This document shows positions 31,065 through 40,261 of a DNA stretch of 64,000 nt, in pieces (the stretch's first letter is position 1; every line of letters begins with the position of its first letter). The stretch is from NCBI RefSeq assembly GCF_003363015.1, contig NZ_QRAP01000005.1, forward strand, positions 330,820 through 394,819, in the 5' to 3' direction. The DNA is from Enterobacillus tribolii. GTDB taxonomy: Bacteria; Pseudomonadota; Gammaproteobacteria; Enterobacterales; Enterobacteriaceae. The notes beneath the pieces are model-generated. The model did not search any database and had not been told where the DNA came from. It was given only the letters and a program-made list of their open reading frames with translations. A program made the translations under genes and the position numbers.

Positions 31065-31163
31065 ATAGTAATAGCGTCCGCACGCTGGAACTTGCCGGGG
31101 TTCAGAACCCCGCCGGCGCACCAGGAACGGCACGGGCCGTTTTCCGGTGGTACGTTCCGCCAG

Positions 31164-31224
31164 CGGTAGGACTTCGCGATAAATACAGGATTGCAGCAGG
31201 GTTCGAGTCCCCGCGATCGCACCA
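31164..31224 (+). ncRNA. tRNA-like element (acceptor stem + T-arm + ACCA, no anticodon arm) in the rtc operon leader; Y-RNA/YrlA-like candidate
   Basis: 5' strand GCGGTAG (31163-31169) pairs 6 of 7 positions with CGATCGC (31214-31220), including one G-U wobble and one mismatch. T-stem CAGGG/CCCCG (4 of 5 positions pair) flanks the T-loop TTCGAGT (31202-31208). Discriminator A then CCA (31222-31224). A further hairpin GCCGGGG..CCCCGCCGGC lies upstream (31103-31126). Confidence 0.35.
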
Positions 31225-31432
31225 TACTTTCAATATGGGATTGAACACATAAACGTAAAAAAACTCCGCGTAACCGGGCAGTTAACGGTTACCGCACCGG
31301 GCAGCCGGCAGAGATGCCGGGCCACGGGTAAAACGTCAGCCAGCAGCAACATCGTCCGCTGACCTTTCCCCCGCGGCTTCGCACAGACGTCCGCTCCCCG
31401 GCGCGCAGGAGAAATACCGATGGAGAATCAAC

Positions 31433-32569
31433 ATGATGGCTAAAAAAATTACAATACGGAAAGGTCAGTTAGGTTTGCTGTTAAAAGACGGCGATTACAC
31501 GCAGATACTGGAAGCCGGCGAACACCGCCTGAGCTGGTTTAATACGCCGCAGCTTGAGGTTGTTAACCTCAGCGACAACGAGGTTACCGCCGGACTGGCG
31601 GAGCAACTGCGCCGCTATCAACCGGCGTGGGTTGAAAAATATTGCCTGCGCGCCGACCTGGGAGAAAACGAAGTCGGCCTGCGCTTCGAAGACGACGTGT
31701 TGCAGGAAATCCTGCCGCCCTCTTCGCGCCGCCTGTTCTGGAAAAACGGCGAAGGCCAGCGCATTGAACGCATCAGCACTGAGGCCGCCCGCGTGCCGGA
31801 CGCCATCGTCAGCGCGCTGTTGCAGCCGAAGCTGCGCAACCGCGCGGTAAAAGGCGCGGAAGGCGTTCTGCTGGTGCAGGTTCCGGCCTGGCACGCCGGC
31901 GTACTGAAGGTCGACGGCGTAACCCAGGACTTACTGGCGCCGGGCGTCAGCGGCTACTGGCGTTTCAACCACGTGGTGGAAGCCGACGTGGTGGATACCC
32001 GCCTGCAGGTGCTGGAAGTCAGCGGTCAGGAAATCCTGACGCGCGACAAGGTGAACCTGCGCCTGAACCTGGCGGCCAACTGGCGCTATCGCGACGTACT
32101 GCAGGCCTTCGCCCAGCTCACCAAGCCGGTCGATCACCTGTACCGCGAGTTACAGTTCGCCCTGCGCGAAGCGGTCGGCACCCGTTCGCTCGACGAGCTG
32201 CTCGAAAACAAGCAGATCATCGACGAGGTGGTCAGCGCCCAAGTCGCGGCGCGCATGGCGGAGTACGGCATCGACCTCGCTTCGCTGGGAGTGAAAGATA
32301 TCGTCCTGCCGGGCGACATGAAGACCATCCTGTCACGGTTGGTGGAAGCGGAAAAATCGGCACAGGCCAACGTCATCCGCCGCCGTGAAGAAACCGCGGC
32401 GACCCGTTCGCTGCTGAACACGGCGAAAGTGATGGAAAACAACCCGGTGGCGCTGCGTCTGAAAGAGCTGGAAACGCTGGAAAAAGTAGCGGAACGCATT
32501 GATAAAATCTCTGTTTTCGGCGGCCTGGATCAGGTGTTGCAGGGATTGATACAGATTAAAGGAGCATAA
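31433..32569 (+). CDS. SPFH/band-7 (slipin/HflC-like) domain protein
   Basis: 378 aa with a band-7 core (VDTRLQVLEVSGQEILTRDKVNLRLN...) and a C-terminal coiled-coil (LSRLVEAEKSAQANVIRRREE...). Sits between the sigma54 promoter and rtcB, ending 4 nt before rtcB. Confidence 0.7.
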   Translation: MMAKKITIRKGQLGLLLKDGDYTQILEAGEHRLSWFNTPQLEVVNLSDNEVTAGLAEQLRRYQPAWVEKYCLRADLGENEVGLRFEDDVLQEILPPSSRRLFWKNGEGQRIERISTEAARVPDAIVSALLQPKLRNRAVKGAEGVLLVQVPAWHAGVLKVDGVTQDLLAPGVSGYWRFNHVVEADVVDTRLQVLEVSGQEILTRDKVNLRLNLAANWRYRDVLQAFAQLTKPVDHLYRELQFALREAVGTRSLDELLENKQIIDEVVSAQVAARMAEYGIDLASLGVKDIVLPGDMKTILSRLVEAEKSAQANVIRRREETAATRSLLNTAKVMENNPVALRLKELETLEKVAERIDKISVFGGLDQVLQGLIQIKGA

Positions 32570-32573
32570 CAAA

Positions 32574-33800
32574 ATGAAAAATAACGATTACCAGATCATG
32601 ACGTCAGAAAACGCCGCCCCGGTGAAGATGTGGACCCAGGGCGTACCGGTGGACCCGGGAGCGCGCGATCAGTTGCTGAACACGGCGAAAATGCCGTTTA
32701 TCTTCCGCCATATGGCCGTGATGCCGGACGTGCATCTGGGTAAAGGATCGACCATCGGCAGCGTGATCCCAACGCGCGGGGCGATTATCCCCGCAGCGGT
32801 CGGCGTGGATATCGGCTGCGGAATGATCGCGGTGCGAACGTCGCTGAACGCCGCCGATCTGCCGGATAACCTGTACGGGATCCGCAGCGCGATCGAGCAG
32901 GCCGTTCCGCACGGACGTACCGTTAACCGCAGCGGACGCGATAAAGGCTCCTGGAACCGGCCGCCGGAAGCGGTGGACCGCCACTGGGCGTCGTTGCTGC
33001 CGGGCTTCAAGCGCCTGACCGATAAGTATCCGGACCTGCTGAAAACCAACAACTATCAGCACCTGGGAACGTTGGGAACCGGTAACCACTTTATCGAACT
33101 GTGTCTGGATGAACAGAATCAGGTATGGGTGATGCTGCACAGCGGATCGCGCGGCGTAGGTAACGCCATCGGCAACCTGTTCATTACGCTGGCGCAGGAA
33201 GACATGCACCAGCATATCGCCAACCTGCCGGACCGTAACCTGGCCTACTTCGAAGAAGGCAGCCGCCACTTTGACGACTATATCGAAGCGGTAAGCTGGG
33301 CGCAGGAATACGCGCGCCGTAACCGCGAAGTGATGATGCAGCACGTGCTGGAGGCGCTGGCGCGCGAAATTCCCAAGCCGTTCACCGCGGTACAGGAAGC
33401 CGTGAACTGCCACCATAACTACGTACAGCGCGAGCGTCACTTCGGTGAATCGGTGCTGGTAACGCGTAAAGGCGCGGTGTCGGCGCAAAAAGGCGAAATG
33501 GGGATTATCCCCGGTTCGATGGGTGCCAAAAGTTACATCGTGCGCGGGCTGGGTAACGAAGAGAGCTTCTGTTCCTGCAGCCACGGCGCGGGACGGGTAA
33601 TGAGCCGTACTGCGGCCAAAAAGCACTTCACGCTGGAAGACCAGAAACGCGCCACGGCACACGTGGAATGCCGTAAAGACAGCGACGTGATCGATGAAAT
33701 TCCGATGGCGTACAAAGACATCGACGCCGTAATGGCGGCGCAGTCTTCGCTGGTGGAAATCGTGCATACCCTGCGCCAGGTGGTGTGTGTGAAAGGATAA
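32574..33800 (+). CDS. rtcB: RNA-splicing ligase RtcB
   Basis: 408 aa, colinear with E. coli RtcB (TSENAAPVKMWTQGVPV; MPDVHLGKGSTIGSVIPT; GTGNHFIEL; IPGSMGAKSYIVRG; SCSHGAGRVMSR). Confidence 0.9.
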   Translation: MKNNDYQIMTSENAAPVKMWTQGVPVDPGARDQLLNTAKMPFIFRHMAVMPDVHLGKGSTIGSVIPTRGAIIPAAVGVDIGCGMIAVRTSLNAADLPDNLYGIRSAIEQAVPHGRTVNRSGRDKGSWNRPPEAVDRHWASLLPGFKRLTDKYPDLLKTNNYQHLGTLGTGNHFIELCLDEQNQVWVMLHSGSRGVGNAIGNLFITLAQEDMHQHIANLPDRNLAYFEEGSRHFDDYIEAVSWAQEYARRNREVMMQHVLEALAREIPKPFTAVQEAVNCHHNYVQRERHFGESVLVTRKGAVSAQKGEMGIIPGSMGAKSYIVRGLGNEESFCSCSHGAGRVMSRTAAKKHFTLEDQKRATAHVECRKDSDVIDEIPMAYKDIDAVMAAQSSLVEIVHTLRQVVCVKG

Positions 33801-33819
33801 AATCATTAAGGAAAGAGAA

Positions 33820-34611
33820 ATGGAATGGGAAAGCGGCGGCGTCAGCGCCGCCATGCGCACCCGGGTCACGGAGACCCTGCGCATACTGGAGCAAGAACAC
33901 AAGGTGCGGGTGCTTTATGCCTGCGAGTCAGGCAGCCGCGGCTGGGGGTTCGCCTCGCCGGACAGCGATTACGACGTACGCTTTATCTACGTCCACCAGC
34001 CGGAGTGGTATCTGCGCGTTGACGCGCCGCGCGACGTGATAGAGATGCCCATCGACGATGAGCTGGACGTCTGCGGCTGGGAGTTACGCAAAACGCTGGG
34101 CCTGCTCAAACGCGCCAACCCGACGCTGATGGAATGGCTGGACTCCCCCGTCGTCTATCAGCAGGAGAATGAAACCGCCGCCGCGCTCAAAGCGCTGGCG
34201 CCGGCCTATTTCTCCGGGCCGCGCGCCCGTTATCACTATTTGTCGATGGCGCGCAAAAACTTTCGCGGCTATTTGCAGGGCGAACAGGTACGGCTGAAAA
34301 AGTATTTCTACGTGCTGCGCCCCCTGCTGGCCGTGCGTTGGATAGAGGCCGGCAAAGGCGTACCGCCGATGCGCTTCGATAGCCTGATGGCGGGAACCGT
34401 CACAGACCCGGCGCTGCGGGCGGAAATCGACGATCTGCTGGCGCTGAAGCGCCGCTCAGGCGAAGCGCAGTACGGCGTCCGGCGTGAACGCATCCACGCG
34501 TTCATCCTGGATGCCCTGGAGGAAACGCGGAGCATACCGCTGCCGCACGATCGCGAGCGGCGTGATACGCACGAGCTGGATCGCTTACTGCACGACGTCG
34601 TGCTGGGGTAA
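33820..34611 (+). CDS. Pol-beta-superfamily nucleotidyltransferase (minimal NTase with helical C-domain)
   Basis: 263 aa with the NTase signature ESGSRGWGFASPDSDYDVRFI (GS...D.D). Occupies the position usually held by rtcA downstream of rtcB. Confidence 0.65.
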   Translation: MEWESGGVSAAMRTRVTETLRILEQEHKVRVLYACESGSRGWGFASPDSDYDVRFIYVHQPEWYLRVDAPRDVIEMPIDDELDVCGWELRKTLGLLKRANPTLMEWLDSPVVYQQENETAAALKALAPAYFSGPRARYHYLSMARKNFRGYLQGEQVRLKKYFYVLRPLLAVRWIEAGKGVPPMRFDSLMAGTVTDPALRAEIDDLLALKRRSGEAQYGVRRERIHAFILDALEETRSIPLPHDRERRDTHELDRLLHDVVLG

Positions 34612-34707
34612 ATCGTGCCATAGCGCCGGACTAAACGCCGGTTCTATGGCACAGCCATTTGACAGCCTGAGGAGGCGCTCAGTAAGATCGTCTAAAAGTA
34701 AATCATT

Positions 34708-35169
34708 TTGGTACGGCTTATGGCGCAAACTTCTGCCTGTTCCCCTGAGGACATTCCGTTAGGACGGCTTATCCACCAGGTCAATCAATATAAGGATCGT
34801 CTGCTGACGCAAATCCTGGCGGCTCAGGATATTACGGCCTCGCAGTTCAAAGTGCTGGCGTCCATCCACTTTGAGCACTGCCAGACGCCGGTTGAAATCA
34901 GCCGGTTACTGTCCATCGACGGCGGTGCAATGACCCGTCTGCTGGATCGTATGGTCAAGAAAGGATTGCTCAAGCGTCAGCCGGCCCCCGACGACAAGCG
35001 CAAAGTGCTGCTGAGCCTTACCGACTACAGCGAAGAGCTGTGTAATAACTGCCGCCATCAGATCGCGGCCGGAATGCATGACATTCTGACGGAACGTCTC
35101 TCGCAAGAGGAAGTCCTCCAGTTAAAAAGGCTGCTGTGGCGTTTGCTGCCCCATGAAGGGAAGGAGTAA
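34708..35169 (+). CDS. MarR-family transcriptional regulator
   Basis: 153 aa with a winged-HTH core (ITASQFKVLASIHFEHCQTPVEISRLLSIDGGAMTRLLDRMVKKGLLKR). Alternative start MAQTS at 34720. Confidence 0.7.
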   Translation: MVRLMAQTSACSPEDIPLGRLIHQVNQYKDRLLTQILAAQDITASQFKVLASIHFEHCQTPVEISRLLSIDGGAMTRLLDRMVKKGLLKRQPAPDDKRKVLLSLTDYSEELCNNCRHQIAAGMHDILTERLSQEEVLQLKRLLWRLLPHEGKE

Positions 35170-35184
35170 TCCTCCCCCGCATGT

Positions 35185-36588
35185 TTACGCCTTGAACGTC
35201 ATCCACGGACGCAGGCGCGCCACCCGCTGAATCAGTCCTGCTTCCTCCTGCGCATCGATAACCGGTCCAATCCGTTTATACGCCGCCGGCGCCTCCTCCA
35301 CCCGACGCTCTTCGCGCAGCGTCACGCAATGCCACGGCAGCGCGTCATCCGCCGTTGGGCGCAGCGCCCGCACAGCCTGACGGCGCATGCGGCGACCGGC
35401 GCCATGACTACAGGAATTCAGCCATTCCGCATTACCCAACCCGCTGACGACGTACGAATAATCCCCCATCGAGCCGGGGATCAGCGCCAAATCGCCCGCC
35501 GCCGCCGGCGTCGCGCCTTTGCGGTGGATATTCATCCCGCCTTCGCGCAGCACCACGTTATGCGGAACGTCCACCGTCAGACGGGAATCGTCCTGCTGAA
35601 AAACATCCGCCAGACACTGACGCACCATTTCCGCCAGCGCCACCCGGTTCAGCCAGGCATAGCGTGCGGCGGCGCCCATCGCCTGCAAATACTCATCGGC
35701 CAGAGCGCCCGTCAACCCGTACAAACCGGAAGCAGGATGTTTTTCTCCCGCCGGCCACTGGTTACGGGCGTTGTCCATCCAACGCTGGCCGACGTAAAAC
35801 CCGACGTCGCGTGAACCGCTGTGAATCATAATGACCACATCCCCTTCACGCAGCCCATACTGCCAGGCGGCGCGGCGTTCAAGAATGCCGTCCACCACCT
35901 GCAGCTCAACGAAATGATTCCCCGCGCCCGGCGTTCCCAGCGAAGGATCGCGCAGCACATCGCGCGCGGTCGTCGTCAGCGCCGGCGGTGCCCAGGCGGC
36001 CTTACCGCCGAAGTCCGTCAGCCCGATGCAGGCATCGACTTCACGTTGCAGACGATCGCCATCTGCCGACGCCCACAGCCCCTGCTTCAGCAAACGATCC
36101 AGGCAGGCCTGCGGCCCGTCGTCGAACAGCGCGCGAAACGCCGCGCCGGTCATCGGGATATCACGCCCGTTCTGCAACAACGCGTGCGTAAGCCTCCGGC
36201 ATACGTCCTCACGCCGCGTTTCGAGCTGCGCCAGCGTCAGGCCGGTCGTCAGCAAACGCATGCCGCAGTTGATGTCCGTGCCGATAGCCGCCGGAATCAC
36301 CATATCCGGCGTGGTTGCCACGATGCTGCCCACCGGCGCAATGGCGCCGGGATGGAAATCCGGCGTAGCGCAGGCTTTGCACACATGGCCTTCGCTGCCC
36401 GGTACGCGCACGGCGGCAAAGTTCATCAGTTGCGTCACCGCTTTTTCTTCCAGCGGCAGCGCAGCGGGCAACAGCACGCTGGCGGATACGCCGTCGGTGA
36501 TGCGGGTCAGGGATACAATGTCATTTACGCGGGATACACGGATCCCTTTGCGTAAAAACGCTTTCTCAATTCTTGAGATGGAATACAT
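35185..36588 (-). CDS. RtcB-family RNA ligase paralog (RtcB2-like, N-terminally extended)
   Basis: RtcB signatures are present (GTDINCGMRLL; GAGNHFVELQ; IPGSMGDYSYVV; SCSHGAGRRM). The start is uncertain, taken as ATG 36588 (MYSISR...). The ORF track extends to 36744. Confidence 0.7.
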   Translation of the reverse strand: MYSISRIEKAFLRKGIRVSRVNDIVSLTRITDGVSASVLLPAALPLEEKAVTQLMNFAAVRVPGSEGHVCKACATPDFHPGAIAPVGSIVATTPDMVIPAAIGTDINCGMRLLTTGLTLAQLETRREDVCRRLTHALLQNGRDIPMTGAAFRALFDDGPQACLDRLLKQGLWASADGDRLQREVDACIGLTDFGGKAAWAPPALTTTARDVLRDPSLGTPGAGNHFVELQVVDGILERRAAWQYGLREGDVVIMIHSGSRDVGFYVGQRWMDNARNQWPAGEKHPASGLYGLTGALADEYLQAMGAAARYAWLNRVALAEMVRQCLADVFQQDDSRLTVDVPHNVVLREGGMNIHRKGATPAAAGDLALIPGSMGDYSYVVSGLGNAEWLNSCSHGAGRRMRRQAVRALRPTADDALPWHCVTLREERRVEEAPAAYKRIGPVIDAQEEAGLIQRVARLRPWMTFKA

Positions 36589-36850
36589 CAGAAACTGCCT
36601 CTGAAAAAGACATAACAAAATCACCCCATGAAAACGGGGCATGTTGTCTTTCCTGTCAGCAGCATTACGGGGAAAGGATCGGCAGTGTGGCGGAAACCGT
36701 AGCGGAAAGCAAGCACCGGGCTTTTCCCCTTTTTCATCCCGCAATAACCGTCACGACAGAAACCACCGCCGGTATTTAATTTTTCCCCGCTTCCGGGGTT
36801 AGGATAAGGTCAGTTTCGGCACGGCCGATGTTAACGACGGAGAAACGGCG

Positions 36851-37732
36851 ATGGAGAAAATCGATTTACACATGCACTCCCACCACAGCGACGACGCTGA
36901 CCTGCCGGTGGACGATCTTATCGCCCGTTGCCGGGCCAACGGCATCGGCGTGCTGGCCGTCACCGATCACAACTCGGCGGCCTCCGTGCCGGAAGCGGCC
37001 CGGCACCACGGTAACGGTCTGACCGTCATCTCCGGCATCGAAATCGACTGCACCGTTGAGGGCACCAATTTTCATCTGCTGGGTTACGGATACACGCCCG
37101 GTGACGACTTCGCACGCGTTCACCGTAATTTCAACGCATTACAGGCATCGCTGGTACCGGAAAAACTCGCCAAACTGCGTGCGCTGGGTTTCTTGCTCGA
37201 TGAGGACGAACTGGCGCGGCTGGCCGGAGATCGTTTGCCGCAGGAAGAACAGATGGGTGAGGCGATCCTCAACGATGACCGCAACCGCGATCACGCCTTA
37301 TTGCTCCCCTACCGCAGCGGCGGCGCACGCGCGGACATGCCGCTGATTAACTTCTACTGGGATTTTTTCGGGCGCGGTAAGCCCTGCTACGTGCCGGTGA
37401 CCTATCCGGCGATGAGCGAGATGATCGCCTTGATCCGTGACCACGGCGGGCTGCCGGTCGTCGCCCACATCGGGGCCAACATCAAAGATGACTATGAGCG
37501 CACCCTCGGCGCCATGCTGGACGCAGGCGTGGCCGGTATTGAAGTCTTTTCCAGCTATCACGCGCCGGAACTGACGCAGCGCCTGTATGACTTCGCGGCG
37601 TCCAGAAATGCGCACGTCACCTGTGGCAGCGATTTCCACGGACGTAACAAACCGAAAATCGAAGTTGGTCAGTGCAGCTACAGCGCGTCGCAGTATGCCG
37701 CCGTGCGGCGGTTCGTCGACGCCGTGGCCTGA
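36851..37732 (+). CDS. PHP-domain phosphoesterase (TrpH/YciV-like)
   Basis: 293 aa with the PHP N-terminal metal motif (IDLHMHSHHSD...LAVTDHN) and downstream His/Asp ligands. Divergent from the RtcB paralog. Confidence 0.75.
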   Translation: MEKIDLHMHSHHSDDADLPVDDLIARCRANGIGVLAVTDHNSAASVPEAARHHGNGLTVISGIEIDCTVEGTNFHLLGYGYTPGDDFARVHRNFNALQASLVPEKLAKLRALGFLLDEDELARLAGDRLPQEEQMGEAILNDDRNRDHALLLPYRSGGARADMPLINFYWDFFGRGKPCYVPVTYPAMSEMIALIRDHGGLPVVAHIGANIKDDYERTLGAMLDAGVAGIEVFSSYHAPELTQRLYDFAASRNAHVTCGSDFHGRNKPKIEVGQCSYSASQYAAVRRFVDAVA

Positions 37733-37733
37733 G

Positions 37734-38642
37734 CTATAGTGCGGAAAGCGCCGTCAGACGTTTATACAGGTGCTCCAGCATAAACGCGCTGAACGCATCA
37801 AACTTCAGCACCGGCTCTTTCTGCGGCAGGTAAAGCATATGCAACGGGCGGGTGGGCGGCGGGTAATCCGCCAGCACCCGCACCAGCGTGCCGTCGCGGA
37901 TATCCCGTTCCAGAATAACCTTGGACTGAAACACGATCCCGAACCCCGCCAGCGCCGCCTGCCGCCCGCCTTCCCCGGAGTTGACCACCAACCGCGGCGT
38001 CATCGGGCTGCCGGTTTCTTCTTCCGCGCCGATAAGCTGCCAGAATTTGCCGCCCTCGCGCTGACTGAAGCCGAGGCAATGGTGATGCTTCAGCGCCGCG
38101 GGCGTTTCCGGGGAGCCGTACGTCGCAAGGTATTCCGGCGTCGCGGCCAGCATCATTTCGTAGTCAGGCAACGCACGCGCCACCAGCCCCTCATCCATGA
38201 TATCCCCGATGCGGAAAGCGAAATCGAAACCCTCTTCGATCATATCGACCTTGCGATCGGCCAGCATGATCTCCACCCTGAGCTCCGGGTAACGCTTAAG
38301 AAAGCGGGTCACCAGAGGCGTGATGACGTGGTTGCCCAGCGTATAGGGCGCCGTGATGCGGATTTGCCCGACCGGCGTGGCCTGCAGGGCGTTGACCAGC
38401 GCCTCCGCGTTATCAGCATCGCGCACCAGCCGCCGGCAATGCTCATAATACAACTGCCCCGCTTCGGTCAGCCCCTGACGCCGGGTGGTGCGCACCAGCA
38501 GCTTGGCCTTCAGCCTGCGTTCCAGAAAACCAATGTGCTTGCCCACCATGGTCGGCGACATGTTCATCACATCGGCCGCCGCGACAAAGCTGCCTTTTTC
38601 CACCACGGCAATGAACACCGACATGCTGGTCAAACGATCCAT
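37734..38642 (-). CDS. LysR-family transcriptional regulator
   Basis: 302 aa with a LysR HTH (MDRLTSMSVFIAVVEKGSFVAAAD...) and substrate-binding domain. Divergent from an MFS transporter. Confidence 0.8.
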   Translation of the reverse strand: MDRLTSMSVFIAVVEKGSFVAAADVMNMSPTMVGKHIGFLERRLKAKLLVRTTRRQGLTEAGQLYYEHCRRLVRDADNAEALVNALQATPVGQIRITAPYTLGNHVITPLVTRFLKRYPELRVEIMLADRKVDMIEEGFDFAFRIGDIMDEGLVARALPDYEMMLAATPEYLATYGSPETPAALKHHHCLGFSQREGGKFWQLIGAEEETGSPMTPRLVVNSGEGGRQAALAGFGIVFQSKVILERDIRDGTLVRVLADYPPPTRPLHMLYLPQKEPVLKFDAFSAFMLEHLYKRLTALSAL

Positions 38643-38866
38643 ATATTCCGACTCCGGCTACGCATTTTCACATATCGATACTCGGGAGAACGGCCGGCAT
38701 TGTCAACGGCGGGCGCATTACACACCACGGGTTTATTCTCCACGGATAAACTAAGGGTTTTTCCCGCCCCCGGATCATGGAATACTGCACCAAAAAGATT
38801 CAATACCTATGATGTCAATGCGATTCGCCTTAGCGCACCCTGACGCCGACAAACCTGGCTGGACTT

Positions 38867-40117
38867 ATGCAACCAAACACACCCCCCGTCATTTCCCGTT
38901 CCGTCTTGCTGAAAACGCGCAACAGCGTGTTTCTTACGTTTTTCCTTTGCGGCTTTATGCTGGCCTGCTGGGCAGGGCGCATTCCCTTAGTGATGACGAT
39001 GCTCAACATTAATACCTCGCAGATGGGGATTTTGCTGCTGTGTATGGCGGCGGGATCGATCATCGCCCTGATCCTCGCGGGTTGGATCACTTCACATTTT
39101 GTGAACGCCATGACTCTTTGCGGCGGCGGCGGTCTGTTCTCCGGCGGACTGCTGATCACCGGGCTGTCGGTGCACTACGGCAGTTACCCGCTGGCCGGCG
39201 CCGGGCTGTTCGTCGCCGGGCTGGGGTTCAGCGCTGTCGACGTCGCGATGAACCTGGAAGGTTCGCGGGTGGAGCGCCTGATGAAACGCACCATCATGCC
39301 GCGCCTGCACGCCTTTTTCTCGCTGGGCACCGTGGCCGGCGCCCTGTTGGCCGCCGGCTTGCAGTTCGTCAGCATTCCGTTTACGCCGCCGTTTCTGACG
39401 CTGGCTGTGCTGACGCTGCTCGGGCTTATCGCCTGTAGCCGTCGCTACCTGCCGGCGGAATACACCCGCGCGGCCACCACGCACGATGGCGCCTCCGGAG
39501 AAAAAGCCAATCCGTTCGCCGCCTGGCTGGAACCCCGCACGTTACTGATCGGTTTTATCGTGCTGACCGCCTCGCTGGTGGAAGGCGCGGCGTTTGACTG
39601 GCTGGCGCTGGGCGTGGTAACCGGCTTCGGCACCGGCGCGGCTGCACCGGCTGAATGGCTGGGGTCGCTCTCTTTAGCACTGTTCGTCACCGGCATGACC
39701 AGCATGCGCTGGTTCGGCGGCGCGCTGATCGACCGCTACGGCCGCGTCGCCATCCTGCGGCTGTGCATGCTGCTGGGAATTACGGGGCTGCTGATTTTCG
39801 GGCTGGCGCCGTCTTACCATATCGCCATCCTCGGTATCATCTGCTGGGGGCTGGGCAGCGCGCTGGCCTTCCCGATGGGCATGAGTGCGGCATCGGACGA
39901 GCCGTCTAACGCCGGCGCGCGCATCGCCGTCGTTGCGGCGCTGGGGTATTGCTCCATGCTGGCAGGGCCGCCGGTATTAGGCTTTATCGCCCACGCTACC
40001 GGCGTACGCAGCGCGTTGCTGATGCTGGTCCTCCCGCTGATCCTCAGCTTCTTCCTGCTGCCGGTGATGAAACCGCCGGCACAAAAGCAGGCACAGGCCG
40101 AGCGGATTTCCGGATAA
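38867..40117 (+). CDS. MFS transporter, YbjJ-like
   Basis: 416 aa, 12-TM, colinear with E. coli YbjJ (LEGSRVERLMKRTIMPRLHAFFSLGTVAGA...). Confidence 0.75.
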   Translation: MQPNTPPVISRSVLLKTRNSVFLTFFLCGFMLACWAGRIPLVMTMLNINTSQMGILLLCMAAGSIIALILAGWITSHFVNAMTLCGGGGLFSGGLLITGLSVHYGSYPLAGAGLFVAGLGFSAVDVAMNLEGSRVERLMKRTIMPRLHAFFSLGTVAGALLAAGLQFVSIPFTPPFLTLAVLTLLGLIACSRRYLPAEYTRAATTHDGASGEKANPFAAWLEPRTLLIGFIVLTASLVEGAAFDWLALGVVTGFGTGAAAPAEWLGSLSLALFVTGMTSMRWFGGALIDRYGRVAILRLCMLLGITGLLIFGLAPSYHIAILGIICWGLGSALAFPMGMSAASDEPSNAGARIAVVAALGYCSMLAGPPVLGFIAHATGVRSALLMLVLPLILSFFLLPVMKPPAQKQAQAERISG

Positions 40118-40261
40118 GTTTTTTCATGGAAAGCCAGGGGGTATTAGGCTGCTGGCTTTCTGATTAACGTTGAGTCGTCAAAGAAGATAAAGGGGGCTGA
40201 TGCCAGCCACGGTATCTTACTTAATACTGGCTGGGTGACTTCGGTTTGAAGATATAAATGG

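Noticed and set aside
31150-31224. Possibility of a full canonical tRNA gene
   Set aside because: Only the acceptor helix and T-arm can be drawn. There is no anticodon arm and no convincing D-arm in the ~25 nt between them, so it is reported as a tRNA-like element rather than a tRNA.
31004-31225. 73-aa minus-strand ORF in the rtcR-operon intergenic region
   Set aside because: It overlaps the predicted sigma54 promoter and the tRNA-like element on the opposite strand. It has no RBS and is probably non-coding.
32604-33902. 432-aa minus-strand ORF
   Set aside because: Antisense to rtcB, which is unambiguous. There is no coding signal.
35821-36604. 244-aa and 192-aa plus-strand ORFs
   Set aside because: Antisense to the RtcB paralog.
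37770-38843. 357-aa plus-strand ORF
   Set aside because: Antisense to the LysR regulator and reading through its promoter region. No domain.
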